A stretch of DNA of 38,152 nt, from NCBI GenBank assembly GCA_003135555.1, contig PLCF01000067.1, positions 10,158 through 48,309 of the forward strand, in the 5' to 3' direction. Numbering within the stretch: position 1 is the stretch's first letter; each line of letters begins with the position of its first letter. Positions 30,434 through 38,152 of this stretch are shown piece by piece. A program made the translations under genes and the position numbers. The notes under the pieces were generated by a model. It saw only the letters and a list, made by a program, of their open reading frames with translations. It was not told the DNA's origin and made no database searches. The stretch comes from Vulcanimicrobiota bacterium. GTDB taxonomy: Bacteria; Vulcanimicrobiota; Vulcanimicrobiia; Vulcanimicrobiales; Vulcanimicrobiaceae.

Positions 30434-30983
30434 CGTTGCCGGCGTTGGGGGCGAGGCGTTCGAGCACGACGCGCAACGTCGCGACCAGCGTCGCATCGTC
30501 GGAATCGGCATTCTTGCGCGCCAGCGACACGACGTCGACCGCCGCGAGGACGCGCGAGTTCGAGAGGGCCCGAATGGTCGTCAAGACGTCCACGTAGCGG
30601 CCCTCCACGGCGAGCTCGAGCGGGATCGCGTCGAACGGCGTGGCCGTGCCGGCGGCGTTGGCCGCGCCGGATGCTGCGATCGCCGGCACCGTCGTGCGGT
30701 GCGCGACGGCGATGCGCGCGGCCGCATGCACGAAGCGCGCGACGAGCAAGCTGCGGTCGCTGTCGAGATCGACCGTCCGTAGCTGCTCCCGCAGGCGACT
30801 GCGCTCCGTCTCGAGTGCGGGTCGTGCGGCGAGGATGCGGCCCGCCTCGTCGAGCTGCGCCGCCAGCTCGGCGTTCGCCGCGACTCTTGCCGCGAGCCGC
30901 TGCTCGCCGGCGTGAAATAGGGCGAGGTATCCGCCGAGCACGACGACAACCGCTGCGAAGCGGAGGAACCTTCGGTCGATCAT
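30411..30983 (-). CDS. pilO: PilO-like protein
   Basis: N-terminal TM, coiled coil, IPLELAVEGRYVDVLTTIRAL; ATGA overlap with pilN. Confidence 0.7.
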   Translation of the reverse strand: MIDRRFLRFAAVVVVLGGYLALFHAGEQRLAARVAANAELAAQLDEAGRILAARPALETERSRLREQLRTVDLDSDRSLLVARFVHAAARIAVAHRTTVPAIAASGAANAAGTATPFDAIPLELAVEGRYVDVLTTIRALSNSRVLAAVDVVSLARKNADSDDATLVATLRVVLERLAPNAGNDARPRST

Positions 30984-31528
30984 CGGCGGGCCTCGAGCGC
31001 GATCGAGTACGTCACGCCGGGACGGCGCGAATCCGCGTGGATCGCCACCAGGCGTGCCGCGCCGTAGGCCGGGAGCCGAGCGAGCGCCGAGATGGCCGTG
31101 CCGACCGTGCTCAGCCGCGCGCTGCGCCCCTCGAGCATCATGGCAGCGCGATCGGCGTGCAGCGCGGTGAGCCAAGCTTCGGCGGGCAGATGGTCGCCCA
31201 GCGCCGCGATCTCGGCCGCGCGATCCGCTCCCGTGCGCCGTATCGCGGTAATTCGCTCGTGCAAATCGCGCAGACGTTGCACGTCGCGCGCGACGAGTTG
31301 TGCGCGCGACACGTCGGCGGCGCCGGCGGCCAGTCGCTCGGCCGACGCGGCGCCGGCGAGTTCCGCGGCGCGCAGGCGCGACGCTTCGACAGCCCAGAGC
31401 GCGCCCATGAGCGCTAGCGACGCGGCGCACGCGACGAGCGCAGGGCGGCGCGGCGCAACGATCGCGGCGGACGGCGCGATGCCGAAGCGACGCTCGCTCC
31501 AGCTCACCAGGTAGTTGATCCGTTTCAT
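30980..31528 (-). CDS. pilN: PilN-like protein
   Basis: RINYL (INLLP-like) N-terminus, TM, LPAEAWLTAL...LEGRS. Confidence 0.75.
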   Translation of the reverse strand: MKRINYLVSWSERRFGIAPSAAIVAPRRPALVACAASLALMGALWAVEASRLRAAELAGAASAERLAAGAADVSRAQLVARDVQRLRDLHERITAIRRTGADRAAEIAALGDHLPAEAWLTALHADRAAMMLEGRSARLSTVGTAISALARLPAYGAARLVAIHADSRRPGVTYSIALEARR

Positions 31529-32457
31529 GCCGCGGTCTCCCACAGTGCCAGGCCGTAGGCGAGACCCCAATCGGGCGACGCCGCCCGCACGACGTCGGCC
31601 GGCAAGGCGTCCGACGCGTCGGCGGGGAGCGCGGCGAGCCGCACCGGCAGGCCCAGAGCGCGCTCGAGCGCTTCGGCCAAACCGCTCAGCCGCGCACCGT
31701 TGCCGGTCAAAGCGATCCCACGCATGGGGCTGCGACCGCTGGCGCGGTGTTCGATCAACGCGGAAGCGATCTGCTCGACCAGCGCCGCGCGCGCGTACTC
31801 GCCGGCGCCGGCGAGTCCGACGCTGCGCTTGCGCGCCTCCGCCAGCGCTTCGTCGATCCCCAGCGAAGCCACGACGGCAGCGGTGAAGGCGCGGCCGCCG
31901 ATCCCCACCGAGCGCGTCACCGGGAGCGGGTCGTCCGCCACGACTAACGCGGTCGCGGTCGCGCCGATGTCGACGATCGCGTCGGCATCCGCAAAGGCGC
32001 GCAACAAGGCAAATGCGACGTCGTCGACGGCGATCGGGCGCAAGCCCGCGCCCTTGGCGGCGTTGAGGCGCGCCTGCAGTGCGGTCTTGCGCGCGACGCC
32101 GATCGCGCAGCGGTCGCCGGTCGAGACGACGCGAACGGCCGCTTCGTCGAGCGGGTACGGCACGAAGCGCGCCGCTTCGAAGTGCGCGGCACGCCGCCGT
32201 TCCGAGCCACGCATCGCGGGGAAGGCCGCCGCGCGAATCAGCGTGTCGGCGCTGCCGAGCCCGAGGACGCAGCGGCGCTCGCGGGTCCCCAGCTCGGCCC
32301 GTGCCGCGCCGATGGCGCCGCTTGCGTCGTCGCCGGTGGCACGCGCGGCGACAGCGACCAAGCGCGGCCGGCCCGCCGCGTCGCGCTCGACCAGGGCGAC
32401 GCGTGTGCGAGCGCTGCCGATATCGACGCCCAAGGCGAGGCTCGCGCGCCGCGTCAT
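31525..32457 (-). CDS. pilM: PilM actin-like pilus assembly protein
   Basis: LGVDIGS, FEAARFVPYPLDE, IVDIGATAT, IGGRAFT, LTGNGARLSGL, LAYGLAL. Confidence 0.85.
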   Translation of the reverse strand: MTRRASLALGVDIGSARTRVALVERDAAGRPRLVAVAARATGDDASGAIGAARAELGTRERRCVLGLGSADTLIRAAAFPAMRGSERRRAAHFEAARFVPYPLDEAAVRVVSTGDRCAIGVARKTALQARLNAAKGAGLRPIAVDDVAFALLRAFADADAIVDIGATATALVVADDPLPVTRSVGIGGRAFTAAVVASLGIDEALAEARKRSVGLAGAGEYARAALVEQIASALIEHRASGRSPMRGIALTGNGARLSGLAEALERALGLPVRLAALPADASDALPADVVRAASPDWGLAYGLALWETAA

Positions 32458-32891
32458 CGCAGCGCTCCGCCAGGAACCAGCGTCACCGCGAGCGTTCCGG
32501 CGGCGAGAAAGGGGCCGAACGCGATGGCGTCGCCGCGGTGCGCGCGGTGCGTTGCGAGCAGTGCGATCGCATACGCGGCGCCGAGGACGAATGCAGCGCC
32601 GACCGCAACGGCGCCGGCGAGCGGTCCCAAACCGGCGCCGATCGCAATGCCGAGCTTCACGTCGCCCAACCCGAGGCCGCGGCCGCGCGAAACCAGATGC
32701 AGCGCCCAGAGCATGCTGCCGACGGCACAGGCACCACTCGCCGCCGCCGGTGCAGCACCGTTTACAGCCGCGAGCGTCAGCGCGGCGAGCGCCGTGCTGC
32801 GCGTCACGGAGTCGGGGATGATTCCGGTGCGCCCATCGATGGCCGCTGCGAGCAGTGTTCCGCACAGCGCCGCGACCGCGGGCGACGTCAT
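32454..32891 (-). CDS. prepilin peptidase (A24), peptidase domain only
   Basis: AAID...[23 protein letters not shown]; no N-terminal Cys-rich methyltransferase domain. Confidence 0.85.
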   Translation of the reverse strand: MTSPAVAALCGTLLAAAIDGRTGIIPDSVTRSTALAALTLAAVNGAAPAAASGACAVGSMLWALHLVSRGRGLGLGDVKLGIAIGAGLGPLAGAVAVGAAFVLGAAYAIALLATHRAHRGDAIAFGPFLAAGTLAVTLVPGGALR

Positions 32892-33424
32892 CGAGCGAGC
32901 CTCGCGAGCAGGACGCGCGCCGGCGCGTAGCGCGCATCGATCTCCAGCGCGCGGTGCAGGTGCAGGCGTGCCGCGGCGCGATCGCCGCGCTCGACCGCGA
33001 TGCGCGCGGCCAGGTGCGCGTAGCGCGGGTCGTGCCCGGCCCGCGCGGCGTTCGCGAAGTCACGTTCGGCCGCGCGGCGCCGGCCGAGGCGGCGCGCGGC
33101 GAACGCGCGGTCGGCGAGCAGGGCCGGATCCGTGGGCGCGGCGCGCAGCGCAGCATCGGCGACGGTTTGGGCGCGTGCGGCATCACCGGGCCGGCGGCGT
33201 ACGAGCAAGAAGAAGGCGAGCCGATCGGCCGCGACCGACGAGTGTCCGTCGAGCCGCGCGGCGCGATCGTAGTAGCGAACCGCCGCGTCGACGTCGCCGG
33301 CGCGTAGCACGTCGTCACCGCGCGTGATCAGTGCCGAGGCAAGGTTCGTGCGGAAGATCAGCGCAGCGCAGGCGACCGCAAATGACGCGACGGCGAAGCG
33401 CCGCAACGGGGCTGCCGCGCTCAT
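32888..33424 (-). CDS. TPR-repeat protein with N-terminal anchor/signal
   Basis: [44 protein letters not shown] overlaps on both sides. Confidence 0.7.
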   Translation of the reverse strand: MSAAAPLRRFAVASFAVACAALIFRTNLASALITRGDDVLRAGDVDAAVRYYDRAARLDGHSSVAADRLAFFLLVRRRPGDAARAQTVADAALRAAPTDPALLADRAFAARRLGRRRAAERDFANAARAGHDPRYAHLAARIAVERGDRAAARLHLHRALEIDARYAPARVLLARLAR

Positions 33425-34077
33425 GCCAACGCTCCGTAATATCCGGCCAGCGCGAGCAGGAGGCCGCCGGAGACGATCGCCGGCGCTTGGGCTGCCTGCG
33501 CGGGCCGAAAGAGCCCGGCGACACGCGTCCCGAGCGCGCCTGAGGCAACGACCGGAAAGGCATGACCCAATCCGAACGTCGCAAGCAACGCTGCGGCGCC
33601 GAACGTCGGGCCGCCCGACGTCGTGAGGGCCGCGATCGTCGCCAGGACGGGCGTGCAGCACGGCGCGACGACGAACGCGCTCGACACGCCGAGTAAGAAG
33701 GGACCGCCCGGCCCTGCGCTCCGCACGTGCGCGGCGTGCCGGTGCGTCGTCGGATTGCCGCGCCAGAGCGCGAGCAGCCCGGCCGCGGCGAGTACGATCG
33801 CGAGCATGCCATACAGCCGGCCCGACGCGGCGAGCAAGACGCTCAGCGCGTCGCCGGCGAGGCCGAGCACCACGTTCGCGCCGATGAGGCCGGCGACGAA
33901 GGCTGCGATCGTAACGTACGGCCGTGGCGCCGAACTCGAGAGCGCCGCGACGGCTACGTAGCGCGGCGCGGCGCATGGGCCAAAGCCGCTGACCGCGCCC
34001 GCGGCGAATACCAGCGGGTAGGCCAGCGGCGAGCGCAGCGCGACGGCGTTCAGCCCGGCTCCAACGACGTCGATCAC
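33421..34077 (-). CDS. ccdA: CcdA/DsbD-beta family thiol-disulfide membrane transporter
   Basis: About 6 TM segments; [13 protein letters not shown] and [11 protein letters not shown] motifs, FGLGHAFP. Confidence 0.82.
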   Translation of the reverse strand: MIDVVGAGLNAVALRSPLAYPLVFAAGAVSGFGPCAAPRYVAVAALSSSAPRPYVTIAAFVAGLIGANVVLGLAGDALSVLLAASGRLYGMLAIVLAAAGLLALWRGNPTTHRHAAHVRSAGPGGPFLLGVSSAFVVAPCCTPVLATIAALTTSGGPTFGAAALLATFGLGHAFPVVASGALGTRVAGLFRPAQAAQAPAIVSGGLLLALAGYYGALA

Positions 34078-34583
34078 GGCGCGGCCGCCAGCCCTTGCCC
34101 AGCGACGTATTCGACCTTCGTCGCCGTGCAGTTGGTCCCGCAGACCGTGCCGCCCGCGCTGCCGGTCAGCGGGATCTTGGCCAGCGTCGAGCCGACGTGG
34201 ACGCCCGGGCAGACGATCGTGTACGTCGCCGCGCTGCCGCCGGTGGCTTGCGCCGTCGTCAGCGCATAGGTTGCCGCGCCGTTCTGCGCGGCGGGATCCT
34301 TGGGTGTGTTGCTGAGATACGCGACGCCGTTTGCCGTTAGGAGCGCCGGCTGCACGGCCGCGCCCGACGCGGTCGGGTACACCTGGTTGTCGGCATAGTA
34401 GAGCTCGAGCGCGGTGGCGATGGAGCGCAGGTTCGACTCACAGGCTGCAGTTTGCGCCTGAGCGCGAGCGTTGACGAAGTTGGGGATCAGAATTCCGGCC
34501 AGGATTGCGATGATCGCGACGACGATCATCAGCTCGATGAGCGTGAAGCCGCGTTGGCGTGCGCGCGGTGAGGTGTCGTGCAC
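34074..34583 (-). CDS. type IV pilin / GspG-like major (pseudo)pilin
   Basis: Class III signal [36 protein letters not shown]...PKDP; GTG 34583 after AAGGA (alternative ATG 34604). Confidence 0.92.
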   Translation of the reverse strand: MHDTSPRARQRGFTLIELMIVVAIIAILAGILIPNFVNARAQAQTAACESNLRSIATALELYYADNQVYPTASGAAVQPALLTANGVAYLSNTPKDPAAQNGAATYALTTAQATGGSAATYTIVCPGVHVGSTLAKIPLTGSAGGTVCGTNCTATKVEYVAGQGLAAAP

Positions 34584-34656
34584 GGTCGTCCTTCGGGGTG
34601 TCATACGACGCTGGCGGTGCCCCGGCGCGGTCGCCGCTATGCTACAATGGCGCTCG

Positions 34657-35106
34657 ATGAGCGCTTTCGATCTTCGCACCACGCAACCGCGCCGCTGGAA
34701 CGCGCAAGTCGACGGCGTGATCTGGCTGCCGCGGCTCATCGACAAGGCGCGGGCCTGCGACGCCGGTACGCTGGGGCTGTATCTCTACGGTCAGAGCCCG
34801 GTCGACGATAGTCTGCTCGCGGCGGCGCGGATCGACTATGCGGGTTTGCTCGAGGCTGTGCGCACCGCAGCCGACGACGAGGGCGTGTTACGGGAGATCG
34901 AGCGCCGCTCGCCGGGTGCCACGCAACGTCTGCGCGCGTGGAGCGCGAAGCCGCCGCTTACGTGCCGCGTGACGTTCGCCTGGAACGACGTCGACGAGGG
35001 CTACACGCACGGACCGATAGCGCGGATCATCCGGTTCGTCTCCAACGGGATCTATCCGGTGCTGACCTCGGCGCTGCGCAAGCTGCGCCCGCTGCGTACG
35101 AAGTAG
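34657..35106 (+). CDS. DUF5069-like protein
   Basis: DLRTTQPRRW...WLPRLIDKARA...GTLG.Y.YG.SPVD; TGcTACAAT upstream. Confidence 0.75.
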   Translation: MSAFDLRTTQPRRWNAQVDGVIWLPRLIDKARACDAGTLGLYLYGQSPVDDSLLAAARIDYAGLLEAVRTAADDEGVLREIERRSPGATQRLRAWSAKPPLTCRVTFAWNDVDEGYTHGPIARIIRFVSNGIYPVLTSALRKLRPLRTK

Positions 35107-35137
35107 GCGGCGCTCACGGCGCCGCAGACGGGGGCAT

Positions 35138-35683
35138 TCAATCCACTGGGGAGCGGAATGAGGTCGGAACGCCGAGTTGCAGGTTGGAGACCCGCACCGG
35201 GCCGGCCGTGCATGCCGTCAGCGTCGCCGGCGCGCTCAGCGCTACGTTCTTGGGCGCGAGCTGCGGTGTGAAATCGAGCTCGATGCGCGCCGCAGTGACG
35301 CAGCCCGGCGCCGATTGCGCCGCGAACCCGACGGTGAACGACGCCTCCGCGCCCGGCTCGAGGGTCAGCAACAGCGCCATCTTCGTGCGCGGCGCGAAGT
35401 GCGGCGCGAGCGGAGCGCCGGCGGCATCGAACAACCGAATGCCGACGCCGCCGCCGATGCGGCAGGCGGTATCGCCGCGGTTCTGCAGCGCGAACAGCGC
35501 GTCGCCGCCGGGTCCGTCGGAACGGACCTGGCGCAAAGCAAGCGCCGAGGACTCGCACGGCGGCGCGGCCGCCAAGGCGGGCGGGCCGGCCTGCGGCTCG
35601 GCGGCGCTCGCGGCGACGAGGCCGCCCAGGAGAGCCAGAACCAGCGAGCCCATGCCGAACCCGAACTTTACCGCCAAGCGCAT
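35138..35683 (-). CDS. DUF4232-like secreted protein
   Basis: Signal, PPC...L, LQNRGDTACRIGG, LFDAAGAPL, LTLEPGAEASF. Confidence 0.7.
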   Translation of the reverse strand: MRLAVKFGFGMGSLVLALLGGLVAASAAEPQAGPPALAAAPPCESSALALRQVRSDGPGGDALFALQNRGDTACRIGGGVGIRLFDAAGAPLAPHFAPRTKMALLLTLEPGAEASFTVGFAAQSAPGCVTAARIELDFTPQLAPKNVALSAPATLTACTAGPVRVSNLQLGVPTSFRSPVD

Positions 35684-35780
35684 GCCTCGTAAACGTACGA
35701 CAGGGCGATACCGTCGCCGAAGGAGAAGATTAAGAGCCACTGGCGCCGTCGGACGGCGCCCAATCGCGAGGTGTCCCGAG

Positions 35781-37562
35781 TTGATCCTCAACAGCGTCGA
35801 AGTCATGTTCGGAGGGCAAGCCGGCGACGGCAGCTTGACGACGGGGGACTTGATCGCCGGCGTTTTCAAGCGCATGGGGTTGGAAGTCTACACCTACAAG
35901 GACTTCCCCTCACGCATCCGCGGCGGTCACACGAACTACGTGATCCGCGCGAGCGAGCATCGCGACTACGGGATGGCCGACTCGGTCGACGGGCTCATCG
36001 CGTTCGATCTGGAAGCCGTCGAGGCGCACATCGACGAGATGCGGCCCGGCGGATTCGTCGTGTTCGACAATACCTCCGAGACGATCCCCGACGCGGTGCG
36101 GCGCGACGACATCACCTGGTACGAGATCCCGCTCGCCAAGATCGCCAAAGCGGACCTCGGGCTCGAGCTGGTGCGCAACACGATCTGTGTGGGCGTCCTC
36201 GGTGCGCTCATCGGGATGGACCCGGAGATCATCCGCAACGACGTGCGTGGCGTGTACCAGCGCAAGGGCGACAAGGTCGTCGACCTCAACATGCGCGCCA
36301 TCGAAGCCGGCGAGCAGTACGTGCTCGAACACTTCAGCGATCGGCCCAGCGGGTACGGGCTCGTCGCGAGCGCCGACGGCGACCGGCTCATCATGATGGG
36401 CAACGACGCCATCGCGTACGGCGCGCTCGTCGCGGGCTGCCGCTTCATGGCGGGCTATCCGATCACGCCGGCTACCGACATCCTCGAGTGGATGTCCAAG
36501 CAACTGCCGCGGTTCGGCGGCGTGGTGGTGCAGGCCGAGGACGAGTTGGCGGCGATCACGATGACGCTGGGCGCGTCCTACACCGGCGTGCGCTCGATGA
36601 CCGCGACGTCGGGTCCGGGCCAGGCGCTGATGACCGAGGCGATCGGTCTCGCCGGCGTCCTCGAGATCCCGGTGGTGGTGGTCGAGTGCGCACGCGCCGG
36701 TCCGTCGACCGGGATGCCGACCAAGACCGAGCAGAGCAATCTCAACCACCTCATCTACTCCGGACACGGCGAGATCCCGCGCGTCATCCTGGCGCCGGGG
36801 ACGGTCAAGGAGTCGTTCGATTTTGCGGTGACGGCGTTCAACCTCGCCGACCGCTGGCAGCTGCCGGTGTTCATCCTGACGGAACAGGCGCTGTGCCAGA
36901 GCAAGGCGACGTTGGCGCCGTTCGATCTCGACACGGTGACCGTCGACCGCGGCAAGCTCATCGAGGACGGCGAGCTCGTGTTCGGCGAGTACAAGCGCTT
37001 TGCGTTCACCGACGACGGCGTCTCGCCGCGCGTCATCCCCGGCGTCCCCGGCGGGATGCATCTCGCACCGGGATCCGAGCACAACGACGAAGGTGTCATC
37101 ACCGAGAACGCAGCCAATCGAGCCCGGATGATGGAAAAGCGCATGGGCAAACTCGAGGCGATGCGCGACGAGCTGCCGCGTCCAGTGCTGCACGGCGTCG
37201 CCGACGCTGACATCGCAGTCGTCGGCTACGGCGCGAATACCGGTCCGATCGCGGAGGCGGTCGATCGGCTCGCACGCGCCGGCATTCTCACGCGCTTCCT
37301 GCAGCTGCGCACGCTGTGGCCCTTCCCCGACGACGAGATCCGCGACTTCGTCCGCGGCGCACAGCACGTGTTCGTGGTCGAAAACAATTACACGGGACAG
37401 CTCGAACGCCTGATCCGCGCCGTCGTCGGGCCGCTCGACGCGCTCCACGGCGTGCGCAAGTACGATGGGCGGCCGTTCCGGCCGATCGAGATCATCGAGC
37501 CGATCCGGCGCATCGCCGCCGTCGGCGACCCTTCGACGAGCTCAGGAGTGGAGATCCTCTGA
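35781..37562 (+). CDS. korA: 2-oxoacid:ferredoxin oxidoreductase alpha subunit (gamma-alpha fused)
   Basis: GGQAGDG, SRIRGGH, GYPITP, QAEDE, TATSGPG, RAGPSTGMPT; TTG after GAGGTG. Confidence 0.93.
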   Translation: MILNSVEVMFGGQAGDGSLTTGDLIAGVFKRMGLEVYTYKDFPSRIRGGHTNYVIRASEHRDYGMADSVDGLIAFDLEAVEAHIDEMRPGGFVVFDNTSETIPDAVRRDDITWYEIPLAKIAKADLGLELVRNTICVGVLGALIGMDPEIIRNDVRGVYQRKGDKVVDLNMRAIEAGEQYVLEHFSDRPSGYGLVASADGDRLIMMGNDAIAYGALVAGCRFMAGYPITPATDILEWMSKQLPRFGGVVVQAEDELAAITMTLGASYTGVRSMTATSGPGQALMTEAIGLAGVLEIPVVVVECARAGPSTGMPTKTEQSNLNHLIYSGHGEIPRVILAPGTVKESFDFAVTAFNLADRWQLPVFILTEQALCQSKATLAPFDLDTVTVDRGKLIEDGELVFGEYKRFAFTDDGVSPRVIPGVPGGMHLAPGSEHNDEGVITENAANRARMMEKRMGKLEAMRDELPRPVLHGVADADIAVVGYGANTGPIAEAVDRLARAGILTRFLQLRTLWPFPDDEIRDFVRGAQHVFVVENNYTGQLERLIRAVVGPLDALHGVRKYDGRPFRPIEIIEPIRRIAAVGDPSTSSGVEIL

Positions 37563-37563
37563 G

Positions 37564-38152
37564 ATGACCGCGACCCTGACCCCCAAAGACTTCGCCACCG
37601 CGACGCCGTCGTGGTGGTGCCCCGGCTGCGGTGATTTCGGCGTGCTCTCGGCGCTCAAGTCGGCGATGGCCGAGCTGGGCAAACAGCCCAAGGACGTCGC
37701 CTTCGTGAGCGGGATCGGCTGCTCGGGCAAGATTTCGGGCTACCTGCACAGCTACGCGTTCCACGGCGTGCACGGGCGCGCGCTTCCGGTCGCGACGGCA
37801 ATCAAGCTCGCCAACCGCGACCTCACCGTGATCGCGGCCGGCGGTGACGGCGACGGGTACGCGATCGGGGCGGGCCATTTCGTGCACGCGGTGCGCCGCA
37901 ATCCCGACATCACCTACATCGTGATGGACAACCAGACCTACGGCTTGACCAAGGGCCAGAGCTCGCCGACGAGCGCGACGGGTTACGTGGCGTCGGTCAG
38001 CCCCGACGGCAACCCGGATACGCCGCTCAACGGCTTGGCGCTCGCGCTCGCCGCCGGCGCGACGTTCATCGCGCGCGGTTTCTCGGCGCAGCCCAAGCAG
38101 ATGGTGGCGATGATCGTGGAGGCGGTGCGGCACCGCGGTTTCTCGATCGTCG
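37564..38152 (+). CDS. korB: 2-oxoacid:ferredoxin oxidoreductase beta subunit (partial, runs off right edge)
   Basis: MTATLTPKDFATATPSWWCPGCGDF, SGIGCSG, HGRALP, GGDGD, MDNQTYGLTKGQSSPT. Confidence 0.93.
   Translation, partial: MTATLTPKDFATATPSWWCPGCGDFGVLSALKSAMAELGKQPKDVAFVSGIGCSGKISGYLHSYAFHGVHGRALPVATAIKLANRDLTVIAAGGDGDGYAIGAGHFVHAVRRNPDITYIVMDNQTYGLTKGQSSPTSATGYVASVSPDGNPDTPLNGLALALAAGATFIARGFSAQPKQMVAMIVEAVRHRGFSIV

Noticed and set aside
33421..34077. Cytochrome c maturation locus
   Set aside because: No resA/ccsA/ccsB/ccm genes and no exported CxxCH protein in the neighbourhood
34074..34583. Conductive e-pilin (N-terminal helix resembles Geobacter PilA as recalled)
   Set aside because: Only 9 F/W/Y in 157 mature residues (about 6%), positions 27 and 32 are not aromatic, and there are long aromatic-free gaps

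Overview
High-GC bacterial chromosome segment. A secretin gene implies a diderm envelope; overall gene style suggests Eremiobacterota/Vulcanimicrobiia, but that is an unverified guess. In order: the 5' part of RNase P RNA (rnpB, minus strand, runs off the left edge); three stand-alone tRNAs (Ala-GGC, Ala-TGC, Ile-GAT) separated by accessory genes (PEBP lipoprotein, MtnX-like HAD phosphatase, frameshifted alpha/beta hydrolase, FAD oxidoreductase plus GT2, Spy-like and Asr-like secreted proteins, two tandem prolyl oligopeptidases, three tandem secreted paralogs); a 3-gene operon of a g-lysozyme-like lytic transglycosylase plus two small proteins sharing a C-terminal helix; a core cluster yceD-rpmF-fabH-fabD-fabG-acpP-ffh-rpsP-khpA-rimM; envelope genes (YihY, BNR/VPS10 protein, divergent polysaccharide deacetylase); a type IV pilus/T2SS-like operon with an embedded ccdA (pilin-ccdA-TPR-prepilin peptidase-pilMNOP-secretin); and 2-oxoacid:ferredoxin oxidoreductase alpha/beta (beta runs off the right edge). 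No integrase, transposase or CRISPR array was seen. The best candidates for undescribed systems are the transglycosylase plus paired helical protein operon and the CcdA-coupled pilus operon. All family calls come from motif recognition by eye, not database searches.
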